Shown here: positions 1 to 6,426 of the stretch, in pieces
Layout: every line of letters starts with the position of its first letter
How positions within the stretch are numbered: position 1 is the first letter of the stretch
Source of the DNA: a virus
IMG/VR virus record: IMGVR_UViG_3300025536_000009
Coordinates: 1 to 34,008 of that record
DNA length: 34,008 nt
Direction: 5' to 3' (one strand)
Notes under the pieces: model-generated
Databases searched by the model: none
Told to the model about the DNA's origin: nothing
Seen by the model: the letters and a program-made list of their open reading frames with translations, nothing else
Translations under genes and position numbers: made by a program

Positions 1-127
1 AGACCGTCTTGTCATCACCGAACCGGGCAACGTCCAGTCCGGTCCGTCTCTTGTTCATGTCCTTCACAACCGTCAGCCGTCTCTCTTCAGACATGGCTGC
101 TTCAACCTTCCAGAGTGGAATCAGAAC
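1..127. repeat. Terminal duplication. Bases 1-127 are identical to 33882-34008, so the window is a closed 33,881-bp circle (or circular permutation) opened inside terL
   Basis: Direct comparison of both ends: agaccgtcttgtcatcaccgaaccgggc...ccagagtggaatcagaac occurs at both, with a constant offset of 33,881. Confidence 0.95.
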
Positions 128-946
128 GTCATCAGCGTCTTCAGGGAAGTTGCCTTCAACACGGCTCATCCACATAGGGGAGTTGATGCCCCACTGCAAG
201 GCACGCCGGTATGCCCATTGTGGAGTGATCAGGAACGGGAACGGCACCGGCATTGATTCAAGCTTCCCGGCATTGCCAAGCTCAATGAGCTGCTCTGCAT
301 TCTTGATCCCGTTCAGTTGGAAGTTTGGAGTGTCCCATGCACTGATGTGGATCTTGCCGGTTGTTGGATCCTTGAAGCTCTTGGCAAAGCGTCCCATTGG
401 ATTGGTAGGGTTCCCAAGCAATAGGATCCTTGCATGTTGAGAGGTTGTCACACCGTCAATGGCATCATAGATCTTCTCAGGAATACCGGATGCTTCATCT
501 GCTATGACAAGAATGTGTTCAGCGTGGAAGCCTTGAAAAGCATCACCGTCTTTGGTGGAGAGTCCCACTGCATACCACTTCTCATCCACCCGGAGATTGG
601 GAGTCTTGAGCATCTTCCCGGCAAGCCGGACCTTGCTCTTGTTCATGGCATCCCTCATCTCCTTCCACATCATCTTCTCAACCTGCCGGAAGGTTGGAGC
701 GGTGGTGATCACTATGGAGTTCTGGAATGAATTGAGGAACCACAAAGCGGTCCGGGATCCAACAAAGGTCTTGCCGATACCGTGACATGACCGGGCACAC
801 GTCTCTGCATGATCACGGACTGAGTTCATGATCTGCTCTTGACCGGACCATATAGAGTCTCCAAGCACTTCCTCAACAAAGAACCGGGGCTTTGTCTGAA
901 GAGCGGTGATCAGATCTGCAGCGTCATTAGGACTTATCTTTGCCAT
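1..946 (-). CDS. terL: Terminase large subunit, N-terminal ATPase part. It continues through the circular junction into 33364-33881 (487 aa in total)
   Basis: Own reverse translation from the ATG at 946: MAKISPNDAADLITALQTKPRFFVEEVLG..ARSCHGIGKTFVG (Walker A-like)..EHILVIADEASGI (Walker B-like). There is no stop down to base 1. 946+518 nt = 488 codons, in frame with the 33364-33975 ORF. It is missing from the ORF track because it is open at the window edge. Confidence 0.85.
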   Translation of the reverse strand, partial: MAKISPNDAADLITALQTKPRFFVEEVLGDSIWSGQEQIMNSVRDHAETCARSCHGIGKTFVGSRTALWFLNSFQNSIVITTAPTFRQVEKMMWKEMRDAMNKSKVRLAGKMLKTPNLRVDEKWYAVGLSTKDGDAFQGFHAEHILVIADEASGIPEKIYDAIDGVTTSQHARILLLGNPTNPMGRFAKSFKDPTTGKIHISAWDTPNFQLNGIKNAEQLIELGNAGKLESMPVPFPFLITPQWAYRRALQWGINSPMWMSRVEGNFPEDADDVLIPLWKVEAAMSEERRLTVVKDMNKRRTGLDVARFGDDKTV

Positions 947-1580
947 CTAGCACTTCCTTTGCCTTCTCATGAAGCGTCTCAATTGCAACACCAAGCCTGT
1001 CACCTCTTGGATCAGAGAGTCCCTTCACGTCAGACGGAAGTCCAACAGTTAAACGCTCACCCTCAATGACTAGCTTTGAAGCCTTTGCAAGAGCTTCCAG
1101 ATTCTTTGCTGCCCACTCATCCATTGATAGAGTCTCAACCGCTTTGGTGATCTTCTCAGAGAGTGTGTTCAGCAGTGTGGAGTGCTTATTGGTCAAGGCA
1201 GTGATGAGATCCTCACGGTCCTCACCGGCTGCAGCTATGACATTAGACTCTGTTTTTTTGATGTACTCTTGGCGTTCTTCTGCCCACTTCTCATTCTTGC
1301 AGTGCTTTGCAATGGCACTCCTTGACACCTTGAATTGCTCTTCTAGGGAACGGTGAGTGGCTTTGGGATCCGTGACATAGACTGTCTTGATTGCACTCCA
1401 ATCAATGTTGCTGCCGGACTTCTGGACCTTCCTGACGGGCATTGTGGCTTTGTTGGCTTTGTCCTTCTGAGACTTGGACCTCTTGTTGTCTGCAACAACC
1501 TTCTTCACCACATCAGCAACGGCAGGTGTTGGTGCCACCTGCTTCTTCTTCCTGACTATGATGATCTTCTTGCCTGCCAT
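927..1580 (-). CDS. terS: Terminase small subunit (putative)
   Basis: Lies immediately upstream of terL and overlaps it by 20 nt. Start taken at ATG 1580 (MAGKKIIIV, RBS agaaggacaactc); the track start at 1601 is a TTG. Basic N-terminus, HTH-like HRSLEEQFKVSRSAIAKHCKNEKW, helical C-terminus. Confidence 0.6.
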   Translation of the reverse strand: MAGKKIIIVRKKKQVAPTPAVADVVKKVVADNKRSKSQKDKANKATMPVRKVQKSGSNIDWSAIKTVYVTDPKATHRSLEEQFKVSRSAIAKHCKNEKWAEERQEYIKKTESNVIAAAGEDREDLITALTNKHSTLLNTLSEKITKAVETLSMDEWAAKNLEALAKASKLVIEGERLTVGLPSDVKGLSDPRGDRLGVAIETLHEKAKEVLDGKDKS

Positions 1581-1600
1581 GAGTTGTCCTTCTGCTATCA

Positions 1601-1630
1601 ATTATAGCCACAAGCATTGACAATTGACAG
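1601..1630 (-). promoter_or_regulatory. Putative late-operon promoter upstream of terS (GCTTGTGGCTATAAT box)
   Basis: Minus strand reads ctgtcaattgtcaatGCTTGTGGCTATAATtgatagcagaaggacaactcATG. TATAAT lies at 1606-1601. It shares the GCTTGTGCTAT(A/C/T)AT box with 11839, 12595 and 13177. The -35 is poor and the TG is displaced by one base, so it may depend on an activator. Confidence 0.45.
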
Positions 1631-1636
1631 AGTAGG

Positions 1637-1873
1637 CTATCTCATGATGAGACTATACAGTCCCCATGCAATGATTCCTATGACTGCAACTGCAGCGATT
1701 GTGACACCTATTCCAATGATGAGCAGTGCTATGCCATGAGCAATGAGCAACAGTCCATCCCGTATGATCAGCATCCAGACTTTGCGATTCTCACGCTTCA
1801 GATCTTTGGCTGTCTTCCTTCTGCTGATTCTGAGATCCCGTTGGATCCGTGCTTCTTCTTCAGAACTATTCAT
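1637..1873 (-). CDS. Small membrane protein (basic N-terminal region, two hydrophobic helices)
   Basis: Start chosen at MNSSEEE (ATG 1873), preceded by ggagacaccatca and overlapping the upstream stop (ATGAATAG). C-terminal WMLIIRDGLLLIAHGIALLIIGIGVTIAAVAVIGIIAWGLYSLI. Confidence 0.6.
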   Translation of the reverse strand: MNSSEEEARIQRDLRISRRKTAKDLKRENRKVWMLIIRDGLLLIAHGIALLIIGIGVTIAAVAVIGIIAWGLYSLIMR

Positions 1874-2258
1874 TGATGGTGTCTCCATCAGCCACCGGGT
1901 AGACACGGCGTGTCACGGTGTCAAACTCCCCGATCTGCTGCCAATTCTTCCTGACGGATCCCTTGAATAACTTTTTGAGTGGCAGTCCAATGAAGAACTT
2001 GAGCCACGTCCAGACGGTCAGCTTCTTGTAGACCTGAGTCACTATGCCAAGCCGGGGGAACCATATGAGCAGCAGCGTCTTGAACGCCGGTGCAATGGTG
2101 TGGCTGACTATCTTGTATTGTGGCAGCACTCCCTGCAGGTGCATGGTGAGCCTGACCTGATTCACGGACTCTCCCCGTGTGACATAAACGGTGAGCTGAT
2201 CTTCCGGCGTGTTCACCTTCAGTGGCTCTTCCAATAAAATGATATGAAGTTTTTTCAT
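1866..2258 (-). CDS. Hypothetical protein, 130 aa, with hydrophobic/aromatic central segments
   Basis: ATG preceded by aaaggagaccaagcacaATG, the same RBS string as at 12616-12635, and by a TGCTATAAT promoter at 2284-2292. Confidence 0.65.
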   Translation of the reverse strand: MKKLHIILLEEPLKVNTPEDQLTVYVTRGESVNQVRLTMHLQGVLPQYKIVSHTIAPAFKTLLLIWFPRLGIVTQVYKKLTVWTWLKFFIGLPLKKLFKGSVRKNWQQIGEFDTVTRRVYPVADGDTINE

Positions 2259-2283
2259 TGTGCTTGGTCTCCTTTGCCCCTCT

Positions 2284-2299
2284 ATTATAGCACTTGTGC
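2284..2299 (-). promoter_or_regulatory. Leftward extended -10 promoter (gcacaagTGcTATAAT)
   Basis: Plus strand attatagcacttgtgc, which reads gcacaagtgctataat on the minus strand, 26 nt upstream of the ATG at 2258. Confidence 0.5.
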
Positions 2300-2309
2300 T
2301 TCAGGCAGA

Positions 2310-2400
2310 GTTGTCCACAATTCTTCATTCAATGATCAATGACTTGCCATCAGATATGGAACCAAAAGTTGTCCCCAATTTTTGCCCGGTTGTCCACAAT
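2310..2400. repeat. Three copies of the operator-like palindromic motif GTTGTCC(A/C)CAAT
   Basis: gttgtccacaatt at 2310-2322, gttgtccccaatt at 2368-2380, gttgtccacaat at 2389-2400. The core TTGT-CC-ACAA is an inverted repeat. Copies 2 and 3 are 21 bp apart. Confidence 0.6.
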
Positions 2401-2456
2401 CAAAGCATGAGCGTTGGTTGTATGACCCGGCAGAATAGTATATGATTGAAGCACTG

Positions 2457-2612
2457 TAGTGTTCACACGACAATGAACAGTGCAGGCAATTCACGGCGTG
2501 ATCCAATGTTCACGCTTGGCTTTTTGACCCCTGATGATGCATCTCAGGTCTGTTAAAAATGCCTAAAAATTAAGTGCCCTCATCCAAAGGAGAGGGCTAG
2601 TATTCACACGAC
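2457..2612. repeat. Two copies of the 15-mer TAGT(G/A)TTCACACGAC, each near an AATAGTATA box
   Basis: tagtgttcacacgac at 2457-2471 and tagtattcacacgac at 2598-2612. aatagtata at 2434-2442 and 2617-2625. The first 15-mer lies within the inverted repeat TGTTCA-N8-TGAACA. Confidence 0.5.
2576..2597 (-). terminator. Hairpin with a downstream U-tract on the minus strand (candidate leftward intrinsic terminator)
   Basis: gccctc(a)tcc-aaa-gga-gagggc stem. The minus strand continues acttaatttttaggcattttt. There is no T-tract on the plus-strand side. Confidence 0.4.
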
Positions 2613-2642
2613 TAAAAATAGTATAGCAAGAAGGTGGTCAGG

Positions 2643-2942
2643 ATGCAAGGAATCAACTCAATAATCAATACCAATATCAATACCCTAAGCTCAAAGAGAT
2701 TCAATACCAATACTATTGATATTGATGATAAGACTAAGAGTCATATTGGTATTGAGAATAAGGCAAGGGATCTGATGAAGAAGCTTGGTGCCGGTGAAGG
2801 CTCATTGGAGTTCTTCTGCATGGCATTCCATAAGCTGCCGGAAGGGACCGTCAACCGGCTTGCAGGTCTTGCCCGTGATCCCGGTGTCAGGAATCCCGGT
2901 GCATACTTCAACACGTTGGTCCGGAGAGAATTGGCAAAATAA
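2643..2942 (+). CDS. Hypothetical protein, first rightward gene. Its 5' third carries AT-rich iterons. Possible origin-associated or replication-organizer-like protein (weak)
   Basis: ATG 2643 is preceded by aaggtggtcagg; the track start at 2634 is a GTG. The C-terminal half has genome-typical codon usage and ends ..GVRNPGAYFNTLVRRELAK. My recollection of DnaD/DnaB_2-type C-termini is only tentative. An alternative start is ATG 2775. Confidence 0.5.
   Translation: MQGINSIINTNINTLSSKRFNTNTIDIDDKTKSHIGIENKARDLMKKLGAGEGSLEFFCMAFHKLPEGTVNRLAGLARDPGVRNPGAYFNTLVRRELAK
2665..2755. repeat. Iteron cluster TCAATACCAATA(T/C): three direct cores plus one inverted copy in an AT-rich stretch (candidate ori)
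   Basis: tcaataccaatat at 2665-2677, tcaatacc at 2677-2684, tcaataccaatac at 2701-2713. Inverted copy atattggtattga at 2743-2755. Tandem attgat-attgat at 2715-2726. Confidence 0.55.
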
Positions 2943-3056
2943 AAAGCACCAACAAGGTGTGCTCTTTATAGTGCCGGTGATCCCGTGAAGGATCCAAAGA
3001 GGGAGACCAATGCACAAAAGCGTGAGCTAAAGACATAACCTCACCCGGCACTTCTC

Positions 3057-3065
3057 ATTATACCA
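3057..3065 (-). promoter_or_regulatory. Candidate antisense (leftward) extended -10 promoter TGgTATAAT
   Basis: Plus strand attatacca, which reads tggtataat on the minus strand. An operator-like tccacaatt (plus aattgtgga, 3078-3086) sits at about the -35 position. Confidence 0.3.
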
Positions 3066-3107
3066 GTCCCCTGTCAGAATTGTGGATAAGAATAAGCAAT
3101 AATGTCC

Positions 3108-3137
3108 TTGACATGGCTTGAGCGGTTGCGATATTAT
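3108..3137 (+). promoter_or_regulatory. Early/middle promoter cassette 1 (TTGACA ... AGCGGTTGCGATATTAT)
   Basis: ttgacatggcttgAGCGGTTGCGATATTAT, followed by an A/C-rich leader and aaggagaccat before ATG 3175. Confidence 0.65.
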
Positions 3138-3174
3138 GAGAGTACAAACAACTAAGGCAAAGGAGACCATTGCC

Positions 3175-3372
3175 ATGACAACAAAACATTCAACATTATA
3201 CGAACTCACACACCCTCTCAGTGGCATGGTGATGAGCTTCATCAGCAGCGTGCAGAACGCCTTTGACCAATACCAAGTGAACCGGATGAAGAAGCAAGTG
3301 CTTGCACGCCGGTTCAACAATCTGACTGATCCAACATTCTTGGACCGTGCAGTGAAGGGAGAATCAAAGTAA
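3175..3372 (+). CDS. Hypothetical protein, 65 aa
   Basis: ATG preceded by aaggagaccattgcc. The track start at 3118 would lie inside the promoter. Confidence 0.6.
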   Translation: MTTKHSTLYELTHPLSGMVMSFISSVQNAFDQYQVNRMKKQVLARRFNNLTDPTFLDRAVKGESK

Positions 3373-3605
3373 TGTCAGAAGACAAGAAGATCCTTCAGGC
3401 AACTGCCACTGAATCAGTGGATGCAGTGCTGAAGCTCACCCGGACAATCATGGAGTTTGAATCAGCAAGCTTCTATGGTCCTGACATCACTGCAGGTGAA
3501 GCGTCAAGAATGGCACTGATCCTCATTGATAACTTGAGTGAAGATGTCAAAGCCGTTGACGGCAAACTGCTCTCAGATCTACTTGAGCAAGTGAGGGCTG
3601 AATAG
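3372..3605 (+). CDS. Hypothetical acidic protein, 77 aa
   Basis: TAATG start/stop overlap with the upstream gene; RBS gggagaa. Confidence 0.7.
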   Translation: MSEDKKILQATATESVDAVLKLTRTIMEFESASFYGPDITAGEASRMALILIDNLSEDVKAVDGKLLSDLLEQVRAE

Positions 3606-3607
3606 TC

Positions 3608-3886
3608 ATGGCTGAAGAGAAGAAGTATGTCAAGCATGACTACATTGACGGCTGCTTGTATATGCTCAGGGACACCATCACGGTCCATCAGAAGGATCAG
3701 GTTGATGAGTTCCCTTCAGGTGAAGTCTACATCTATGACGGTGAGAACTTTGTCAGCACCCGTGACGGGGCAAAGCTTGGCAAGGCGATCATCCGGAAGA
3801 CCAAGAATGAGATGATGCCACCAACCGTGTGGAAGCAGCGTGGTCTGCATTGGGTTGATCCCCGTCCGAAGGGAGCCAAGTCATAA
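3608..3886 (+). CDS. Hypothetical protein, 92 aa
   Basis: ORF with a gaggg RBS, tightly packed. Confidence 0.7.
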   Translation: MAEEKKYVKHDYIDGCLYMLRDTITVHQKDQVDEFPSGEVYIYDGENFVSTRDGAKLGKAIIRKTKNEMMPPTVWKQRGLHWVDPRPKGAKS

Positions 3887-4092
3887 TGGACTACATCTCA
3901 GAGAAGCAGATGCTTGCATTGGTGAAGCTCTCTCTTGACTACAACACTCAAGTGACCGGAATTGCCATTCAGGTGCTCAACTCAAAGCACGGCATCAAGC
4001 ACAAGGAATTGCAGAAGACTCTTCAGCAATACAGTGCAGACTATAACAAACGAATTGAACAGATCATGGCTGAAGGAGACCAATCATCATGA
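3886..4092 (+). CDS. Hypothetical protein, 68 aa
   Basis: TAATG overlap; RBS aagggag. Confidence 0.65.
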   Translation: MDYISEKQMLALVKLSLDYNTQVTGIAIQVLNSKHGIKHKELQKTLQQYSADYNKRIEQIMAEGDQSS

Positions 4093-4376
4093 GTCCAAAA
4101 TACAAACTCTCAAAATATGTTATCTTCCGGGATCACACCGGCAAGGAGCAGACGCTCCTGCAGGGACAGATCTTCACTTGGAATCAGCACCGCTTTGTGA
4201 CCGCTGATCATGACCTTGCAGTCATTGAGATCTCACGGGCAAAGCTCAGGGCTGCCGGTGCCAAGATGATCCCTTGTGATTCTGCAGGCAAAGAACTTGA
4301 TCTCTCACCAACCGGACCGGACATTGTGATGCCTGAACCAATGGTGCCGGAGAAGAAGGCTGCATTCTCACTATGA
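4089..4376 (+). CDS. Hypothetical protein, 95 aa
   Basis: ATGA overlap; RBS aaggagaccaatcatc. Confidence 0.7.
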   Translation: MSPKYKLSKYVIFRDHTGKEQTLLQGQIFTWNQHRFVTADHDLAVIEISRAKLRAAGAKMIPCDSAGKELDLSPTGPDIVMPEPMVPEKKAAFSL

Positions 4377-4549
4377 CACGCCGGACCAAGTGGGCAATCA
4401 CACTGACGGTCATTGGCTTCCTGCTCCTATGTGCATTCATGCTGATCCTTATGGACGGTGGTGAGATGATGATGGAGTACACGGCAGCATGGATCCTCAT
4501 TGGCTTTGCCGGAGCGGTGCTCTTCAATCTAGGAACGGCACTGCTATGA
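4373..4549 (+). CDS. Small membrane protein, 58 aa (below the ORF-track cutoff)
   Basis: Own translation: MTRRTKWAITLTVIGFLLLCAFMLILMDGGEMMMEYTAAWILIGFAGAVLFNLGTALL. ATGA overlaps at both ends. Two hydrophobic helices. Confidence 0.55.
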   Translation: MTRRTKWAITLTVIGFLLLCAFMLILMDGGEMMMEYTAAWILIGFAGAVLFNLGTALL

Positions 4550-4968
4550 AGAAGATGACTCTGCATGGAGCCACTATCAGCTTCAATGGCATTGAGATCC
4601 CCGGCAAGCGTGACGTTGAGCTGTTGGTTGATGACACTCCAAAGGTGTGGGACATCACCCCACCACAAGGATGGAACTGGACGGAAGATGATTGGAGAAT
4701 CTTCAACTTCTGCCGGGACTTAGACTTCAGAGGTGGAGTTGTGAGCGGTGGGCTTTTTGATCAGTATGTGCTTATTCAATACAACCGGAAGAAGCCGTCA
4801 AAGAGCTTGATCATAATTGAGAGAGTCATGGCTGACTGGACCAAAGAGAAGGTCAACATGCCGGATCACCCGTTCCCTCAACATGCTAAGTGCAGGAGCG
4901 TGGTGACAATACCAGATGATGACTTTGAGCTTCCGTCATACGCTGCCATCTATAGGAAGCAGCCATGA
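4546..4968 (+). CDS. Hypothetical protein, 140 aa
   Basis: Start taken at MKKMTLHG, coupled to the upstream stop. Confidence 0.7.
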   Translation: MKKMTLHGATISFNGIEIPGKRDVELLVDDTPKVWDITPPQGWNWTEDDWRIFNFCRDLDFRGGVVSGGLFDQYVLIQYNRKKPSKSLIIIERVMADWTKEKVNMPDHPFPQHAKCRSVVTIPDDDFELPSYAAIYRKQP

Positions 4969-5255
4969 ACGGGGTGCTTGAACTGAGGGAAGATCAGATC
5001 AACTTCTTGGTGGATTCTGAATGGACCTGTCCTGAGTGTGGTCATGATGAGGTGAAGCTCTATGTGCACCCTCACAAACATGCCGGGATCTATGAGTGTC
5101 AGAATGAAGAGTGCTTTGCAACGTGGGATTGTGAGCACCCGGACACTGAGACTGAGATAGTTGAGGATCCACCAATGCACCCGGAGCAGACGGCTGTCTA
5201 TCAAAGCAAGGTGGTGTTCTGCATCCTTTGCGGATCAGGGGTTGATCATGATTGA
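4965..5255 (+). CDS. Zinc-ribbon-like protein, 96 aa
   Basis: CPECGH..(20)..CQNEEC and a C-terminal CILCGSG cysteine pair; ATGA overlap. Confidence 0.6.
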   Translation: MNGVLELREDQINFLVDSEWTCPECGHDEVKLYVHPHKHAGIYECQNEECFATWDCEHPDTETEIVEDPPMHPEQTAVYQSKVVFCILCGSGVDHD

Positions 5256-5481
5256 TGAACAGAAGATCCCAATGGGAACCTATTCAGTGAGCTTCCAAAC
5301 GTGGTGGAGACACCCGTTCACAAGCAAGAATCACATGGACCACCGTGTCTTCAGCCTATATGAAGACATGTCAGAAGCAACGCTTTGTGATCAGATTGCT
5401 CAATGGATGACGGATCATTCCGGTGGTGCCAAGTGCCACATGGTGAAGATCTATTCCATCCATAAGCTTGACATTCAATAA
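5248..5481 (+). CDS. Hypothetical protein, 77 aa
   Basis: Start at MIDEQKI, 8-nt overlap with the upstream gene. Confidence 0.6.
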   Translation: MIDEQKIPMGTYSVSFQTWWRHPFTSKNHMDHRVFSLYEDMSEATLCDQIAQWMTDHSGGAKCHMVKIYSIHKLDIQ

Positions 5482-5497
5482 GCGGTTGCGATATAAT
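5468..5497 (+). promoter_or_regulatory. Early/middle promoter cassette 2
   Basis: ttgacattcaataAGCGGTTGCGATATAAT, then leader ..actacaaactaagacatag and aaggagaccatcc before ATG 5533. Confidence 0.65.
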
Positions 5498-5532
5498 CAG
5501 ACTACAAACTAAGACATAGAAGGAGACCATCC

Positions 5533-6426
5533 ATGTCAACAGAACAAGATCAACAATCACTTGAGGATGCTCAGGTCAATGATCACTCTGATGCTCAAGA
5601 AGCTCAGATTGTGACACCACCTGCAGCTCCTGCAGCAGATGATAAGCCTGCAGACACACCTGCAGCTGAAGCACCAAAGCCACCGGCAGGCGTGCTCAGT
5701 GATGAAGACAAGCGTCAGATGACACTTGCTGCCCGGAACACGGAGACAAGCATCCTGAGTCCTGTCATGTATAACCAAAGCAAGCTAGTTGCCAAAGACT
5801 TCTATGATTCAGGTGCACTTCCAAAGCATCTGCAGAATGAGACTCAAGCCTTTGTGACAATCATCACGGGTGCTGAGATGGGGATGAAGCCAATGCAGGC
5901 AATCCAATCTCTCTACATCATCAATGGCATCATCACCCTTTGGGGCAAAGCGGTGCCACGTCAGATCAAAGCTCACGGCTACAAGTTCAAGTTCAAGGAT
6001 GAGACTCAAGAATCCTGCACCGTTGAGGTGTGGAAGGAAGATATGTATGGCAACAAGATTGAAGAGTATGAAGAGACCTTCAACTATCAAGATGCCGTTG
6101 ATTCCAAGTACACCGTTGACTCATATGGCAAGACCAAAGTTGGTTGGTTGCCGGGTCAGAACCGGAAGCTGAAGATGAGATACAACGTGCTGAGTGCACT
6201 GATCAAGACATACATTCCTGAAGTTCTTGGTGAAGCTGCAGATGTGGCTGAGGTTGCTCAGGACTTCATTGACATTGATGAAGCAGGCAACGTCAAAGTT
6301 GATCCAAAGACTGCCATCCGTGAAGCTCAGAAGCGGAAGCAGGCTGAAGCAACCACTACCGTGAAGCATACTCCAAAGGCTGTTGCTCAGGAGCAGGGTG
6401 AGAAGAAGGAAGATGAAGCAGTATAA
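5533..6426 (+). CDS. Single-strand annealing protein, RecT/Red-beta-like (putative)
   Basis: Low-complexity acidic/Pro-Ala N-terminus, then AFVTIITGAEMGMKPMQAIQSLYIINGIITLWGKAV..., which resembles RecT-type cores. Adjacent to a PD-(D/E)XK exonuclease. Family assignment is from memory. Confidence 0.5.
   Translation: MSTEQDQQSLEDAQVNDHSDAQEAQIVTPPAAPAADDKPADTPAAEAPKPPAGVLSDEDKRQMTLAARNTETSILSPVMYNQSKLVAKDFYDSGALPKHLQNETQAFVTIITGAEMGMKPMQAIQSLYIINGIITLWGKAVPRQIKAHGYKFKFKDETQESCTVEVWKEDMYGNKIEEYEETFNYQDAVDSKYTVDSYGKTKVGWLPGQNRKLKMRYNVLSALIKTYIPEVLGEAADVAEVAQDFIDIDEAGNVKVDPKTAIREAQKRKQAEATTTVKHTPKAVAQEQGEKKEDEAV

Noticed and set aside
9-1069. Plus-strand track ORFs 9-440, 434-730, 552-785 and 839-1069
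   Set aside because: They lie antisense to the long, motif-bearing terL frame (Walker A/B), lack RBSs, and have Ser/Leu/Arg/Cys-rich shadow-frame composition.
1251-1260. A7 tract inside terS (atc aaa aaa aca)
   Set aside because: It is not in the X_XXY_YYZ register, and the alternative frames show no extended ORF or meaningful early-stop pattern tied to a domain boundary.
1617-1629. Tandem perfect TTGACA hexamers on the plus strand (ttgacaattgaca)
   Set aside because: No acceptable -10 lies 16-18 nt downstream on the plus strand. The element more likely belongs to the leftward late-promoter region.
1921-2328. 135-aa minus-strand ORF overlapping the 1866-2258 gene in another frame
   Set aside because: It would start upstream of the TGcTATAAT promoter, inside the operator repeats, and has no RBS. 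Its composition is Arg/His/Ala-rich and low-complexity. The competing frame has a perfect aaaggagacc RBS.
2524-2539. 16-nt exact repeat ttgacccctgatgatg, also at 11454-11469
   Set aside because: It is a single pair, and one copy lies inside the 11250-11489 CDS. By my rough estimate a chance 16-mer match in 34 kb is not very unlikely (order 0.1). No -10 box follows either copy.
3010-3030. Six-codon mini-ORF (MHKSVS) preceded by a perfect gggagaccа-type RBS (gggagaccaATG)
   Set aside because: It is too short to call. It may be a leader peptide or a decayed gene start. There is no supporting structure, so I did not list it as a feature.
2802-3320. Minus-strand track ORFs 2802-3017 and 3027-3320
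   Set aside because: Non-ATG or unsupported starts, no RBS, and Cys/Trp/Phe-rich shadow composition. They lie antisense to a plus-strand CDS and to promoter cassette 1.
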